This document shows positions 25,286-57,494 of a DNA stretch of 64,000 nucleotides, in pieces. A program made the position numbers and the translations under genes. Numbering within the stretch: the stretch's first letter is position 1; each line of letters opens with the position of its first letter. The notes under the pieces are model-generated. The model was not told where the DNA came from, did no database searches, and saw only the letters and a program-made list of their open reading frames with translations. Source of the stretch: Macrostomum lignano (Eukaryota); the NCBI GenBank assembly GCA_002269645.1, contig NIVC01003855.1, positions 1-64,000 on the forward strand. Reading direction: 5' to 3'.

Positions 25286-26603
25286 TGAAGATCTAGAACT
25301 TTTTGGGAGGTCAGCTGACCTTTACCCCCGTCCCCCAGGATGAGCCATTGGGTAGCCTAGTTAATTGTCTCAGTGAATCACCTTGAGACATTACGCTCGT
25401 AGTTTACTTTAACAAAAGTTGAAAACCTGTTTTTAGCAGCCGTTTATTCACATCATCAAGCGGTATAGTAACAGTTTAGAGTTGGACCCGGGTGGTTGTC
25501 GCTATGTTCATGTATGCCCGTTCTAAGAAGCTTCGCATGATGAAGTGTAAGAATCTACGATGCAGAAGTTATCTTTTCTTACCTTCATTGAGTCTTGCAC
25601 AAATACGCAATGATGCACATTATAATTGTATTTTTATCCATTACTGCAGCTCTCTCTCGCTCACTCAAGGGAGTCTGGAGGGTTGGGCGTTGAGAGCCTT
25701 GGCAACCGAAAACTAGACTTGCAGGTAAGGCTGGGTTGTGTGCGTATGAGCTGCCTACCATCTTTTCAACAGTAAATAGGAGAGTTTACAGTCTTACCTT
25801 GTGAGTGTTTGAGACTCGTAGACTTGTTGTTGTCCTGCGCTGCGCATTCTCGTGGCTTAAGTTGGTTGGACTTGAATAATGTGCAATTTAGAGAGTCGAA
25901 AGGCATATTAGTTTGGTCTGGTCTGTGAGGCTGTTTACATTATCAATTCTTGCGAAGCTAATAATCAGGCAATGGAGACTTTCCAACGATTTTTAATTGC
26001 TTCAGTCCGTGATTCTTTTATCTTTAGTGCTACTGTACACACAGCTTTGCTTGTCAGTCAATTAGGAATTCGAAGTACTGTTTAAAAGTGATTTAGCTAA
26101 AGCGCTGAAAATTTCAACATCCTTGATCATTTAACTTGACCTCATTAATTGGGGGAGGGAGGGATTGACAAGAAAGTGTCATTAGAGTTTCACTCTTCAT
26201 CCTAATTGGGCAGCATTGTAGCAGTATCAAGTTTTTTCATGCGACAGTCTTCTATAGTCGTAAGATTTTCGACAACGGCTTTCCGACCGAGCAGCCCCTT
26301 ATTCATGACTTAATCCAGAGTGGCAGAAGTTAACTGCTCCTAAGCTCACACTGACCGCAAAAAGCTATCGTGTGACGTGTTGCAGTTGCATGTGCAATTA
26401 CGAGATGCATGGCCAAGGACAACTTGAAATCACTTAATTATTGTGAGACTCCCATCCTGAGCGATTAAGTTGTCCTTGTGCATGGCTAGTGAGGATTTAC
26501 CACAGACAGTCCCGGCGCTTCGTGCCCGTCCCCCGCTAACTCTTCTCACTGAGTCAATGGGCTTTCGGCCATAGACAGCTGGACGACTAAGATGGGATGC
26601 TAC

Positions 26604-26975
26604 CATGGATGAATGAATAGAATGGATTGCTATTCTGGCTCTGGCTATTTTCGTTTTTGACTCTTTTGCATCCGGTTCCCCCCCGTGCCTTTTCATTGTT
26701 TGATGATTGCCATAGACAATTTTCGGCCTTCGCCCCTTTCTTTCGATGCACAAGCGCAAAGAACTGAGAATTTCAACAAAGTTCAATTTCAACACAAGTA
26801 ACTTCTATTTACTAACAAGAAAGCGCTTGTGCATCGAAAGAAAGGGGCGAAGGCCGAAAATTGTCTATGGCAATCATCAACCAATGAAAAGGCACGGGGG
26901 GAACTGGATGCAAAAGAGTCAAAAACGAAAATAGCCAGAGCCAGAATAGCAATCCATTCTATTCATTCATCCATG
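26604..26975. mobile_element. Foldback MITE, ~154-bp TIRs around a 65-bp spacer, P-like CATG ends
   Basis: Arms 26604-26757 and 26823-26975 are near-perfect reverse complements; ends CATGGATGAAT/ATTCATCCATG; perfect 8-bp TSD GATGCTAC. Confidence 0.85.
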
Positions 26976-28123
26976 GATGCTACACTCAAAAATCTCAAAA
27001 CATTAGATTTTTTGTTTAGTTCTTCTTCGCTTAATTGTCGGTCTGCAGTCGGTAGCATTTCATAAAAAGTAGTTTAACTTTGACTTGAGTGCACCTCGGA
27101 CAGTACACGTACCTTTTATTTGCAATGCGGATGTCCGGAAAGGTAGCTTAGAAAAGTTAAGAAACAATATTAGGAGCAATTATAACACGCGTTCTGCTTG
27201 TATTTTTGCTGGCTGAGAAGCTTTTAGTAAAAATTAGCCTGCAAGAAAGTCTGCTTTATTATTACTGACCGATGACAACACGCGGCACTAAACTGATTTT
27301 AATCAAAAGTAGCCAATGCTGGTATAGAATAGCTAAATGTACGAAATGTAAATAACTAAATTTGATCAAATAAGCATATAATAGACACTTGTACATAAAG
27401 ATAAGCGTTGTCGCATTTAAAAGAATTTACAGAAAAATAGGCCACTGTGGTGAGAGACGAATTACCAGTATAGAAAGTAGAGTACATTAGGCTATAGCAT
27501 TGAGTTTACGGTCGGCAATGACCCTTTATATAAACTTTGCTGGTCGCCAAGTCAGGTAGAAACTGATGCCAATTAAATAATTTGAGTACGAGTATACAGA
27601 AACAGATCTACAGATGTCACTTATCACAGAATCGCTCTGCTTGTTATCAGTTAGATAGCATTTTAGTTGTGACAATAGCGAGATACTAAGAAAAGTTACA
27701 ACTATTTACATTTTCACAGCCCTGATCAGAGTTAGCAGAGTTTTTGGTTGTTTCGAAAAGAAACTTGCTTTTGCTAAACTTTAAACAAGCTGGAAAAATT
27801 GGACGGAAGTTTTCTTCGGGGTGACAAATCGGGTGATCAAGAGGTTGTAGAGAGACAAAAAATTGAACAAACTAAGCGAAGCCAACCGGAATGCAAGCGA
27901 AATCAGAACTAAAAACAGCAAAACAGCAGCAATGAGCACAAACAGTAAGCGGATATTCCATTCGCGCAAATCTATTCTAAACGGTTTACGTGTTATCGTT
28001 TAAAATTAGGATTGCTTATTTAAGTTAAATTTGATTACTTTTGAATACAGGCAAGTTAATATATCTTATAGCAGTTGGAGACACTTGATCATTGTCAATT
28101 GGCTTGATGAAAGCCAAGCCAGG

Positions 28124-28832
28124 TTAGAAAACGGTCTTGGATCGGCTCATCGTACCCTCGCCTTGCTTGCTGGGCACGCCCGTTCTTGTGTAGAACGTGT
28201 CATTAATAAGACGCGTCCGACCAAACGGCGGCTTCTTGATGTCCTCGATCTTGATCACGTCGCCCAGCTTCCAGCCGTACTCCCAGGAGGACACGATGGG
28301 GAACTGGAACTTGTCCTCCGGAGCCTTGTCTGTGCGCTGCTTCAGGTACTGTCTCCTGTTGGGTTGTTAATTGGTCAGTAAGGTCTGATAACAGGTAAAA
28401 TCTTCGTGCCTCTACGGGGTCTTACCTGCCCTTTCCTTCACGGCTGAATCCTTCGTAAAGCAGCTGCTTAGTCTTCGGCGAAATCGGCCGCATCTCCACG
28501 CACAGCTCTTGACTGTCGCCCTGCAGTCGGTCGATAGCGTCCAGGACCTCTTGGTTCTCGTCTCGCTTGGGCTTCAAATGCTTCTGCGACTTGAACTTGT
28601 CCACCTGTTCGCGCAGCTCCTCTGTCATGGTTGGCGCCATCTCGAGCTTCTTTCTGAACACCTCCATCTGGCGGCTCTTGTGCTCGACAGGCTGGCCGCC
28701 TTGCTCAGCGGCCAATCGTTCCCGTTCGGCTTTCTTCTTCATGTACCAGTGCAGCTGGCTGTCCGTCTCTTTAGTGTAGCGCTCCTCCAGGCTCTTCTGA
28801 GCCGCAATGTCCGCTGGATAGTTCCTGGACAT
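28124..28832 (-). CDS. SPMIP1: SPMIP1/ATP6V1FNB-like ciliary microtubule inner protein; exons 28832-28426 and 28355-28124; ~212 aa
   Basis: 70-nt GT-AG intron (28356-28425). Spliced C-terminus MRPISPKTKQLLYEGFSREGKGRRQYLKQR..PEDKFQFPIVSSWEYGW..FGRTRLINDTFYTRTG resembles the ATP6V1FNB/SPMIP1 family signature as recalled. The family assignment needs a database search. Confidence 0.72.
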
Positions 28833-29539
28833 TTTCGTGCCAACTTTTTACTGATTTGAAAATTTTCTTGGCTCTCTGCAGGTTGTTGCTCGCGCTCTCC
28901 TGAGACGCTTTAATGCCGGCCTGCTGCTCCAGGTTCTCCGGAGTTTTTTACAGGTAAACGAAGGGACGGGCGCGAGCAGCCTTCTCACCCAGTTGTTGCA
29001 ACAGCCAATCGGCATCTCTGTGCACGAAGAGTCCCGTTTGCTTTTCGTATCGCTCTTCTTTTTCTGTTTCTCTATCGTTACATTTGCTGACGAATGAAAA
29101 CTTGCTGCAGCTATTTTTTACCTTGACAACCGGACCGTCCTCCTCTGAGTCTGTCGTTATATCGCTGCTCAGTCGCTCTACTCTCTCTAGAGTTTGAGAA
29201 TTTTTTAAAAGTGTTCTTTGGGTGTGCCGTAGGGCGACAAGTAAAATAGAGGCAGAGAGCCAGAAAGAGAGTCTCTTATCATCGCATTTTATCGCCGTCT
29301 CTAGTTTTCCAGACTGTTTCTCTATTTTCGAGGGGTCTTGTCTGCGCGTGTCTGTTAGTTTTGAAAGCGCTGTGGGGACTTGGGTTGAGCTTTCGAACAT
29401 TGAAGAACTCGATTCCAAGTAGTATAGTCTCACTCGCCTACTTCAAGTAGTTGAACATGCTTTGTACTCAAAGTAGAAAGTTACACAATACGAGCTGCAA
29501 AGTATTACGATTTAAAAATTGGCTTGTGAACTCTCTCGG

Positions 29540-29615
29540 CATTGACCTGTCTCGGCAGTGACCTGTCTCGGCAGTGACCTGTCTCGGCAGTGACCTGTCT
29601 CGGCAGTGAACTGTC
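29540..29615 (+). repeat. 16-bp tandem repeat GACCTGTCTCGGCAGT, ~5 copies
   Basis: Direct inspection. Confidence 0.85.
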
Positions 29616-30249
29616 TCAAAACTGATCATTTGCCAACTAATCTTTCCTTTATTTATTTCTCTTTATATATTCCTTTATATTCTATATATTCCTTTATTTC
29701 CTTTATTAGGAGCGAAACAAAAAAATTATACAATTTTTTTAAAAATCAACGTTGATCCCCCCCCCACTTTAAATCCGTGTTTCTCCTGCTCCAGTAAAAA
29801 ATGTCAAATGTTTACCTTTCCAAGTTTTCGCCAATGTTTGTTGGTTTAAATAACGAAATTTAGTGAAGAGGCCTAAAGAAGCGTGTATTCGCGGAATCCG
29901 ACAGCTGTTCCAGTTGACATTTATATAGTACCTAATATACTATGCACCCTCTACCTGTAGGGGTTGTTTTTGATTGTATCGAATTCCCAATACCCTTTCT
30001 GCTATTTTTAGTTTTTTACCCTTTTTCCTACAAAAATTTTATAAACATTTATGCTCACGGCTTATAAAAGCATCTGCCTATCTATAAATCTGACTGGTCG
30101 ACGTGACCTTTGAAAGATATTCTAAAGGACACGGGAGGTTTAGAGACCAAAACCTGGAGCAGAAATTCCTCCCCAAAACAGGGGCTTACGCAGGAATTCT
30201 AATTGTAGAGGGTCGCAACTCTGAAGGGGCGCCAATATTTGGTGTCTTC

Positions 30250-30825
30250 GTTTGCGCCCCTGCCTCTTGGTTGGCGCCCCTGCCTCTTGGTTGGCGCCCC
30301 TGCCTCTTGGTTGGCGCCCCTGTCTATTGGTGGGCGCCCCTGTCCCCTGGTGGGCGCCCCTGTCTTCTGGTTGGCGCCCCTGTCTCCTGGTGGGCGCCCC
30401 TGTCTTCTGGTTGGCGCCCCTGTCTCTTGATTGGCGCCCCTGTCTTCTGGTGGGTGCCCCTGTCTATTGTTGGGCGCCCCTGTCTCTTGGTTGGCGCCCC
30501 TGCCTCTTGGTTGGCGCCCCTGTCTCCTGGTGGGCGCTCCTGTCTCCTGGTGGGCGCCCCTGTCTCTTGGTGGGCGCCCCTGTCTTCTGGTTGGCGCCCC
30601 TGTCTCCTGGTTGGCGCCCCTGTCTTCTGGTGGGTGCCCCTGTCTCTTGATTGGCGCCCCTGTCTTCTGGTGGGTGCCCCTGTCTATTGTTGGGCGCCCC
30701 TGTCTCTTGGTTGGCGCCCCTGTCTCTTGGTTGGCGCCCCTGCCTCTTGGTTGGCGCCCCTGTCTCCTGGTGGGCGCTCCTGTCTCCTGGTGGGCGCCCC
30801 TGTCTCTTGGTGGGCGTCCCTGTCT
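30250..30825 (+). repeat. 20-bp GC-rich minisatellite TGGTTGGCGCCCCTGTCTCT
   Basis: Direct inspection. Confidence 0.93.
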
Positions 30826-32902
30826 CTCAGTGTGCGGCCCCAGTCTCGCAGGCCGGTGGATGTCACATCCTCGAGGTGGCAAAGGCTGAGCTCTGTCTTA
30901 TGTGTCGAAGCTTCGCTGCCTCTTTTATTAAGTTTTTGAAAGCACAAATTTTTCATGCAGGCGATTGGGATTAGGGGGTCCACGGCCCCCTCGGCCCCCT
31001 CCGCGTCCGCCACTGCCTTAAACATCGTTTTCAGACAGGCTGATTACAGGTCTTCAGTTTATACAAAATGCATCTTACCTCCATTCCCTGCTTCATTCTA
31101 CACTGTTGTTTCAAAAGTTTATCGACTTCTATTTTTAGAAAAAAGTATAATAGGTCGTACTGCTTACTACTGATATACACTTGAATGCATTTTAGCGCGG
31201 CACAAGACCCATAGTTGATTATTATTGTAACTTACTCTGTCGCAAGCGGATTATGTTTTTCAATGATTAAAATATTAAATCCATTTAACTAATTGGAAAT
31301 ATTTTAACTCAAATAGCTAAGGCTCTGTTTCTATTCTCTTTCTAACTAATGATGGCAAGAGACTGCAGCTTTGAAGATGTGAAAATAGCCCTTACAAACA
31401 GACAGGCGACCTTACGGCCGGATTAAAATGCAACATCCGTGTTGCGGTGGGGTACAATCACGATTTCCGCACATGCAGACAGCGGGTTGCCAACCGCATG
31501 CGCCATGCAGCCTTTCTGACCCTTTTTGACATTCGCTCGGCTCCATTGTACGAAGAATGCCCGAAACGTCAGTCATTGAAAGTTCCGGCTGCAGACGCTA
31601 GAATTCAACAACAAATTGCACGGTGCATTCCCTGCGCACGATCTGGCATTTGTGCAGGGCGAGCCCGAGCCCATCAACTATTTCGGGCAGCAACACGGGC
31701 GGCTGGCTTTTTTTGCACGGGTCCTGCGCTGCGTGTTACACATTTAGATAATTTGAATGCTCGACAAAGTTATCTATTGCCATCTTTTACTAGCATATAG
31801 TTAGGCTAAAGTTTAGCGCATAAAAAACTAAAACGAAGCAATTACTAAAGATTGACAGCTCCGGATAGTGAAGAAGACGTTTTCGGAGCCAGAAGCAGGG
31901 GGGGGGAGAATTTAAGCATGGGGATATTTGTGCCGCAGCGAGTTGAACCTTGAAATCCCGGGCAGCCTTTAAAACGGTTTATATTATAGAAAATGCTGAA
32001 AATTATATCTACGTAGTAGCTAAATGTAAGCGAGCAGTCTGTCTGGCTGTTTATTTATCTATATTTAAATATGCGCGCATCCTATGCAACCTAAGTGTAT
32101 TTTTCTCGAGCATAATTCAAAGTACAAAGTAGTTAAAGGAAACATTTTAAAGGATTAGTTCAGGGACCAGCTGGAACTGGATTAGCTATAGTTAAAAATC
32201 CTTTCTAGACTTTCTCCTGTGAAAGCCATTCTGCATACATGGTTGCGTCTAGTGCTCCATCTTTTAGGATTTTTTACATAAGCTGCTGGACAACGAGAGC
32301 GCACTGTTAGCAGCTTCCTTCCTTCCCCCTCTCTTAGATTAGCAAGCAGTTTATAGGCTACAATGGTAGATGGAGACAATTTTCAGAAGTGACCCAACTG
32401 CTGAGAGGCTGCGCTTCTTTCTCCCTTCTGCCCCTCCGTGCACCGGGGAAGCCAACAGCATTGATTGGATCTGGTGCGCCACAGCACTCATCCCCTCTCT
32501 TTCTCGTGCTCGTAAATCTCCAACACAGAGTGGTGACCATATACTATATAGCCAGGCTGAAGTTTACACTGTCCCGAAAAAAAAATTGTGTTCAATCCGT
32601 TGTCATGCCGACAAAATGAACGCACAGAGCGCCTTTATACAGTTGCAGCCGAGCGCGACTAGAAATTATCAGGTAAACAAAAACTTTGTTGCTGTTCAGC
32701 TATTTTTATTCATTCTGTTTCCCCTCTCTAACTGCGATGGTAATACAAACATAATGCTACTTTTGTCTGCCATTGCTGTCGTTTCATCGTTAATAAACAA
32801 GAAATCAAGGAAAATGCAAATTGAGATTTTGATGCATTACTGCCCATTCCGCCGACTCCCTTGAGCAGGCACACAAGCGCGCGGATACGTACGCAGTCAT
32901 GC

Positions 32903-33618
32903 CAAGGACGACTTAAGTAGAAGGACAGGAAACCTCGTTTCTTGGAAAAATTTTGAAGACCGGCTTTTCCGAAAAAATACACCAAGGAGATAGGAAGTTT
33001 TCATTTTTTTCAGCATTAAAATTGTTATTGCTTTTGATAGGAGGCAGATCCAGTGTTCATCTTTTAATATCTTGTGCCTTTTTTATTGCTCTATCGATAC
33101 GAGCTATTCATAAAGCTTTTTGTACAAAGAATTAGGATTCAGGATTAGGATTAGGAATTAGGATTGCAATTTTTTATTCTACGGACATTTCCTGTACCTA
33201 ACAATCATAAAACGCATGGCACAGCTCCAATCTTTGGTTCTCTGAATCTATTTTATCATCTCTGTTGCAGTCAGCTAAGAATGACAAAAAAGACTCATAA
33301 AACCAAAAAGCTGAGCCGTTCTATTTTGATGGCTTTTAGGCACAAGACACGTGCAAATGTACGTAAAATAAAAATTAACATAGAATCGTAATTGTTTGAA
33401 CAAAAAGCTTTATGAATATCGATAGAGCAATAAAAAAGGCACAAAATATTAAAAGATGAACACTGGATCTGCCTCCAATCAAAAGCAATAACAATTTTTG
33501 TGCTGAAAAAATTAAAACTTCCTATCTCCGTAGTGTACCAGTATTTTATCGGAAAAGCCGGCCTTCAAAAAATTTCCAAGAAACAAGGTTTCACGTCCTT
33601 CTACTGAAGTCGTCCTTG
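32903..33618. mobile_element. P-like MITE with ~200-bp imperfect TIRs, same terminus family as 60977-63117
   Basis: Ends CAAGGACGACTTAAGTAGAAGGAC / GTCCTTCTACTGAAGTCGTCCTTG; inverted arms ~32903-33125 and ~33400-33618; degenerate 8-bp TSD AGTCATGC/AGTCCTAC (6/8). Confidence 0.8.
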
Positions 33619-34254
33619 AGTCCTACGCACACACACACACTCACACAGGAGTGTACAGCGGCCCTAACTCTATTTATCATTAGACATGTACACTTCACTG
33701 TGCCTTGGGGGTTGGCCTTCAAAGCCGTTAATTGCACGAGCCAATTTTTGCTTGACACATTTTTATGCTTATTTTTAAGTATACGAGTATACAAGTAGAA
33801 ATGGTACTTTGCTGAAAAATGTTAACGTTGCCTTCTCATCCCGTGTCCAGACAGTCGTTTAAAGCAACTGCTGGCAACCAATCAACTTTCAGCTCCGCAG
33901 TCTCCGCGCTTCACTGGGGGACGAGATTTCCCCCCCCCCAACCACCACCCCACGCCTGGCCACAGCCAATCAGAATCTAGCTAGACTTAAGCCAGCATTG
34001 ATTTTCTTTACCTGACTCTCTATCTTTTCATCTGCTAGACTGCTAATGTACTTTTCAAGATCTGTGTTGTCCTATTCAAAATCGGCTTCAAATGCCTCTG
34101 GAAGCAGATCGGCTGCTTCAAATTTTGGGGGACCGAGATTTCTGCAGCCAATATCAATGGGCTACTATGTGAGTTGGCTCAGTGAGTAACTAGTGTAGGG
34201 ATGATATTGCGCAATGCGTTATATTCATTCACCCATCCGTCCATCCAGTTTACA

Positions 34255-34690
<436 letters not shown>

Positions 34691-35009
34691 CCCTGCCTTT
34701 TCATAACCATATTGGCACTGAGGTGCTTTAGCCAGCCTAACAACCAGTTGCTATACCCAAAACTGACACACGCTAAGCCTGAAGAGACCACCCTCTGCCT
34801 CTGCCTCACTCTCAATGGCATAACAGCGAAGCGTATTTATTATTTGCTGAGCACCGCAGTTTAGAATGCCACAGGTATTTCTGAATAAAGTTAGCTACCG
34901 TGTATTCTGCATACTAAACAAAAATTAGCACTAAATTCTTTTGTTTCATTGTGCCTTTACAATAAAATATTGAGCGGTCATTCTGGCTTTCTCTGTTTCT
35001 CACAAAAGC

Positions 35010-35046
<37 letters not shown>

Positions 35047-36706
35047 GCATTTCCCCTCCAACATTGCGACTGGGAAAAAGTACAAACTGGGCCTGTGCCA
35101 CGAAAGCTAAGATGACTGTCGCCAAGGCCCAGGCTTTTTGAATAGTTGATTTCTGCATTTCTGCTCCGCGTCTTCTTCTGCTGATCCTGCAATTCCATTT
35201 TCTGCTGCTTTAACCGCTGTAGAAAGCAGCAATTTCTGAGCAAAGCCGGGGATTTGAGCAGTCCCTGGCTGAGTGCACTTGGCCTGCTGGGAGGCTGGGA
35301 TAATTTCTGATATCTGGAAGGCATAGGATTGGGCAAGATGGTTCAAGAACTATCAGATATAATATTTTTAAGATATTCGCAACAAAACAACTGCTTTTAG
35401 AAGTGATTGACTGCTTCTCTGCTCTGGATTCAATGCGGGCCTCTAACGGAACGTGACTTCCGTTTGATTTTGTAATGAAATAATAATTTGGGTATATTAT
35501 ACAACTGCAGAGAAAGAGATTATATACATGAGTATATATATAACTTCTCAGAAACTGACGGCCTTTGCCTGAATAGAAGGTGCGTGACTTCTGCTTCATT
35601 TAAATTATGGGTCTGCAGTTATCCCATTGGGAAGTCTTTAATCCCATTGTGGGATTAACTTTAATGTAAATATTGAAGCGGAATTTAATCATACTCTCAA
35701 ACCGAAGCTTTGAAAAAGAATGAGTCAGGTTCCTACTGGCCGGGGTCAGCAGGTCTGGCCATAGACTATAGCTTTCATAGTAAGTAAGAAGAAGAAATTT
35801 TTCAAGTGCCTGGGAATGACTCAGGCATTGGCTTCATATCCATCAAACTCTTGTATTCATTCCTGAGCACTGTTTTGTCCGCTTTGTGTAGCCAATATTT
35901 GTTTTGCTTTTTAAAGTCGAAGTATATATATATAATAGTTTCAATTGGTAAGCCTGTGCAACCAATTATAATATTATAATGCCTAATTTGCTATATGCGC
36001 TACTTACAGTAAGAGACTAAGAATTTTCGGTAGCTTTTTTTTACTGAACTAAAAACTCTATATTTAGTATATGGATATTATAATAATTATTAATGCTTTT
36101 ATAATTAAAGTAGAGTAGCTCCTAACAGTTGTGGATTAGTCTGAAGAGTACACAATCTTTTACATAGTTGCATAATTATTATTATTAGTAATGGTTTCAA
36201 AAACCTGGTACCTAGAAAGCGATGCTTCAACAGAAATCAGCATATTCATGCGAGTGGGAGAGAGGAGTAAGAGCTAGATTAAGCACACATGGACACTCGG
36301 TCAAGTGTGTGTGAGTGTCTGTGTGTGCCACACGGAGAGCTGGCCATGGTGGACCTAGGAATTACTGATCGTTCAATCGATGCAGCTTGACACTTTAGAG
36401 GTGAGAGATACGGGACAGAGAGAAATCAACAACTCTCATTCCCAATGCTAGCGAGGAGAGAATCCGCTGACTAACTCTGCAGACCTGAGCTCCCCGCTGA
36501 CTGCTCCCGATTGGTCGGAACAGCTCTCGGCCCTGCAGTAGCCAGGGCAAGTCTGTCCCAAAAGTTGAGCCTCACCGCTCACTCTGAGCTCCCTGTTTAG
36601 ATATCAGAAAGCACACCGGAACATCTAACTGGGTGTAAAAGCTGCCTCTCAAATCCACAAACAAGTGCAGAAAAGAAAATTCGAGTTTCATAAATTCGCT
36701 GCAAGC

Positions 36707-56023
<19,317 letters not shown>

Positions 56024-57263
56024 CATCATCATTGTCTGATCCCATCTCCCGGTGACATTATGCGTAATTAGCTATATCATTATTTAATTAGAGAAGATTT
56101 GATTAGAGTGGAGGGGCATTTTTAACTACTTGAGTAGTAGGTATAGAACGCAAAAATAACCGTAAATCGTGTAAATTTTATTGGTAGAATTAATTTGAAG
56201 CTAATATACATTCGGTTAAAAGGCTTCAAATATAAATTCTCAAAATCTAAAAAAAACAATTAACCATGCATGTACCAGTTACGAGTATTTTTTCAGTCGG
56301 ACAAAACCAGTATCGCTAAAGTGCATTTAGTATGTTCTAGGCTCTGGACCACTTTCCAATGTCGCCAACAATTAAGTCGAGAAAAATCTGCACTAAAAAA
56401 GAGCATATAAATGCACCAGCGATACAATAAATAGTAGTAACTAATCCAGGCGGGGCTCTATCCAGCTCATTTATACGAGCCTACCTGCAGCTTACAATCG
56501 TTTACATCACGTGAGTTTGAGTGGAAGTGAAAGCTCTATCTATCCAATGCATTTTGACCAAAAGTTAAATGGACTGCTTTGTACTGATAATATACATTGT
56601 GAAGATTGATCGAGTTCGTCCGTTTGTAGCAGAATCTGAATTTCACCTGTGTGCTCGGCAGGCTCATAAATCCGATTTAATCCAATTTTTTCGTTGTCAA
56701 AATAAAAAGATTTTCTTACATACTATAACGTATCCTTAAGCTTGTAGCTTATAAGCTGTATTAGCTTTATAAGGCTATCTAGTTATGTGATATGTTTTAC
56801 GGGGTAGAATATCTTAGCCAAGCAATGAAAAATCAGATAGAGTTAATAAAATTTGCACGATTTACTTAAACTTTAATTCAATGCTTCAATTTATGTTCAA
56901 GAAGGCTTTGTAACCGTTGGTCGAGGCAAGACATTGTATAACAACTGTAGTTATTTGCGCATAAAAATACGTAAATCGCTGTCTCTTTTTCATTATATTA
57001 TTCAATTAACATTTTAGATTAATTATATTATATATTATCGTACTATGTGCCCGCAACGCTTTTGTTTAATTTCCTCCAGCTTTCGTGGAATCGTACGTTT
57101 ATTAAACTATTAATGTTACTTTTTCGCCTCAATTTTTAAATTCTACGAGTACAATTAATCTATCGGTCGTGGTAAAATGTAAAACGTTATTCAAATTCAA
57201 ATTATAAGTGCATATATATGTAGCTTTGCATTGTGCTACCTTTTGAACGTACAGTGTAGATTG

Positions 57264-57494
57264 GTAGCACATAAATATGAAAATCCCACATAGAATAACT
57301 TTCCACACTCGAATAGAACAGACATGAGTCGTGCGCGATGAGTCGGAATCAACGATGCTTAGAGGACTCGCTACTTACAGAAATTATTTCGCAAACGTGG
57401 AGGGTAGCACATAAATGTGAAAATCCCACATTAAATAACTTCCACACTCGAATAGAATAGACATGACTCATGCATGATGAGTTGGAATCAACGA
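57264..57494 (+). repeat. ~92-bp direct duplication (57264-57355, 57404-57494)
   Basis: GTAGCACATAAAT...GGAATCAACGA occurs twice. Confidence 0.85.

Noticed and set aside
28031-28859. Plus-strand ORFs 28031-28381, 28509-28859, 28567-28779
   Set aside because: Antisense shadows of the GC3-rich minus-strand SPMIP1-like exons.
28948-29433. 161-aa minus-strand ORF upstream of SPMIP1-like gene
   Set aside because: No recognisable motif and I could not splice it in frame to the gene; may be 5' UTR or exons of something else.
34914-35599. Overlapping minus-strand ORFs upstream of the channel
   Set aside because: No homology recognised and no consistent exon chain.
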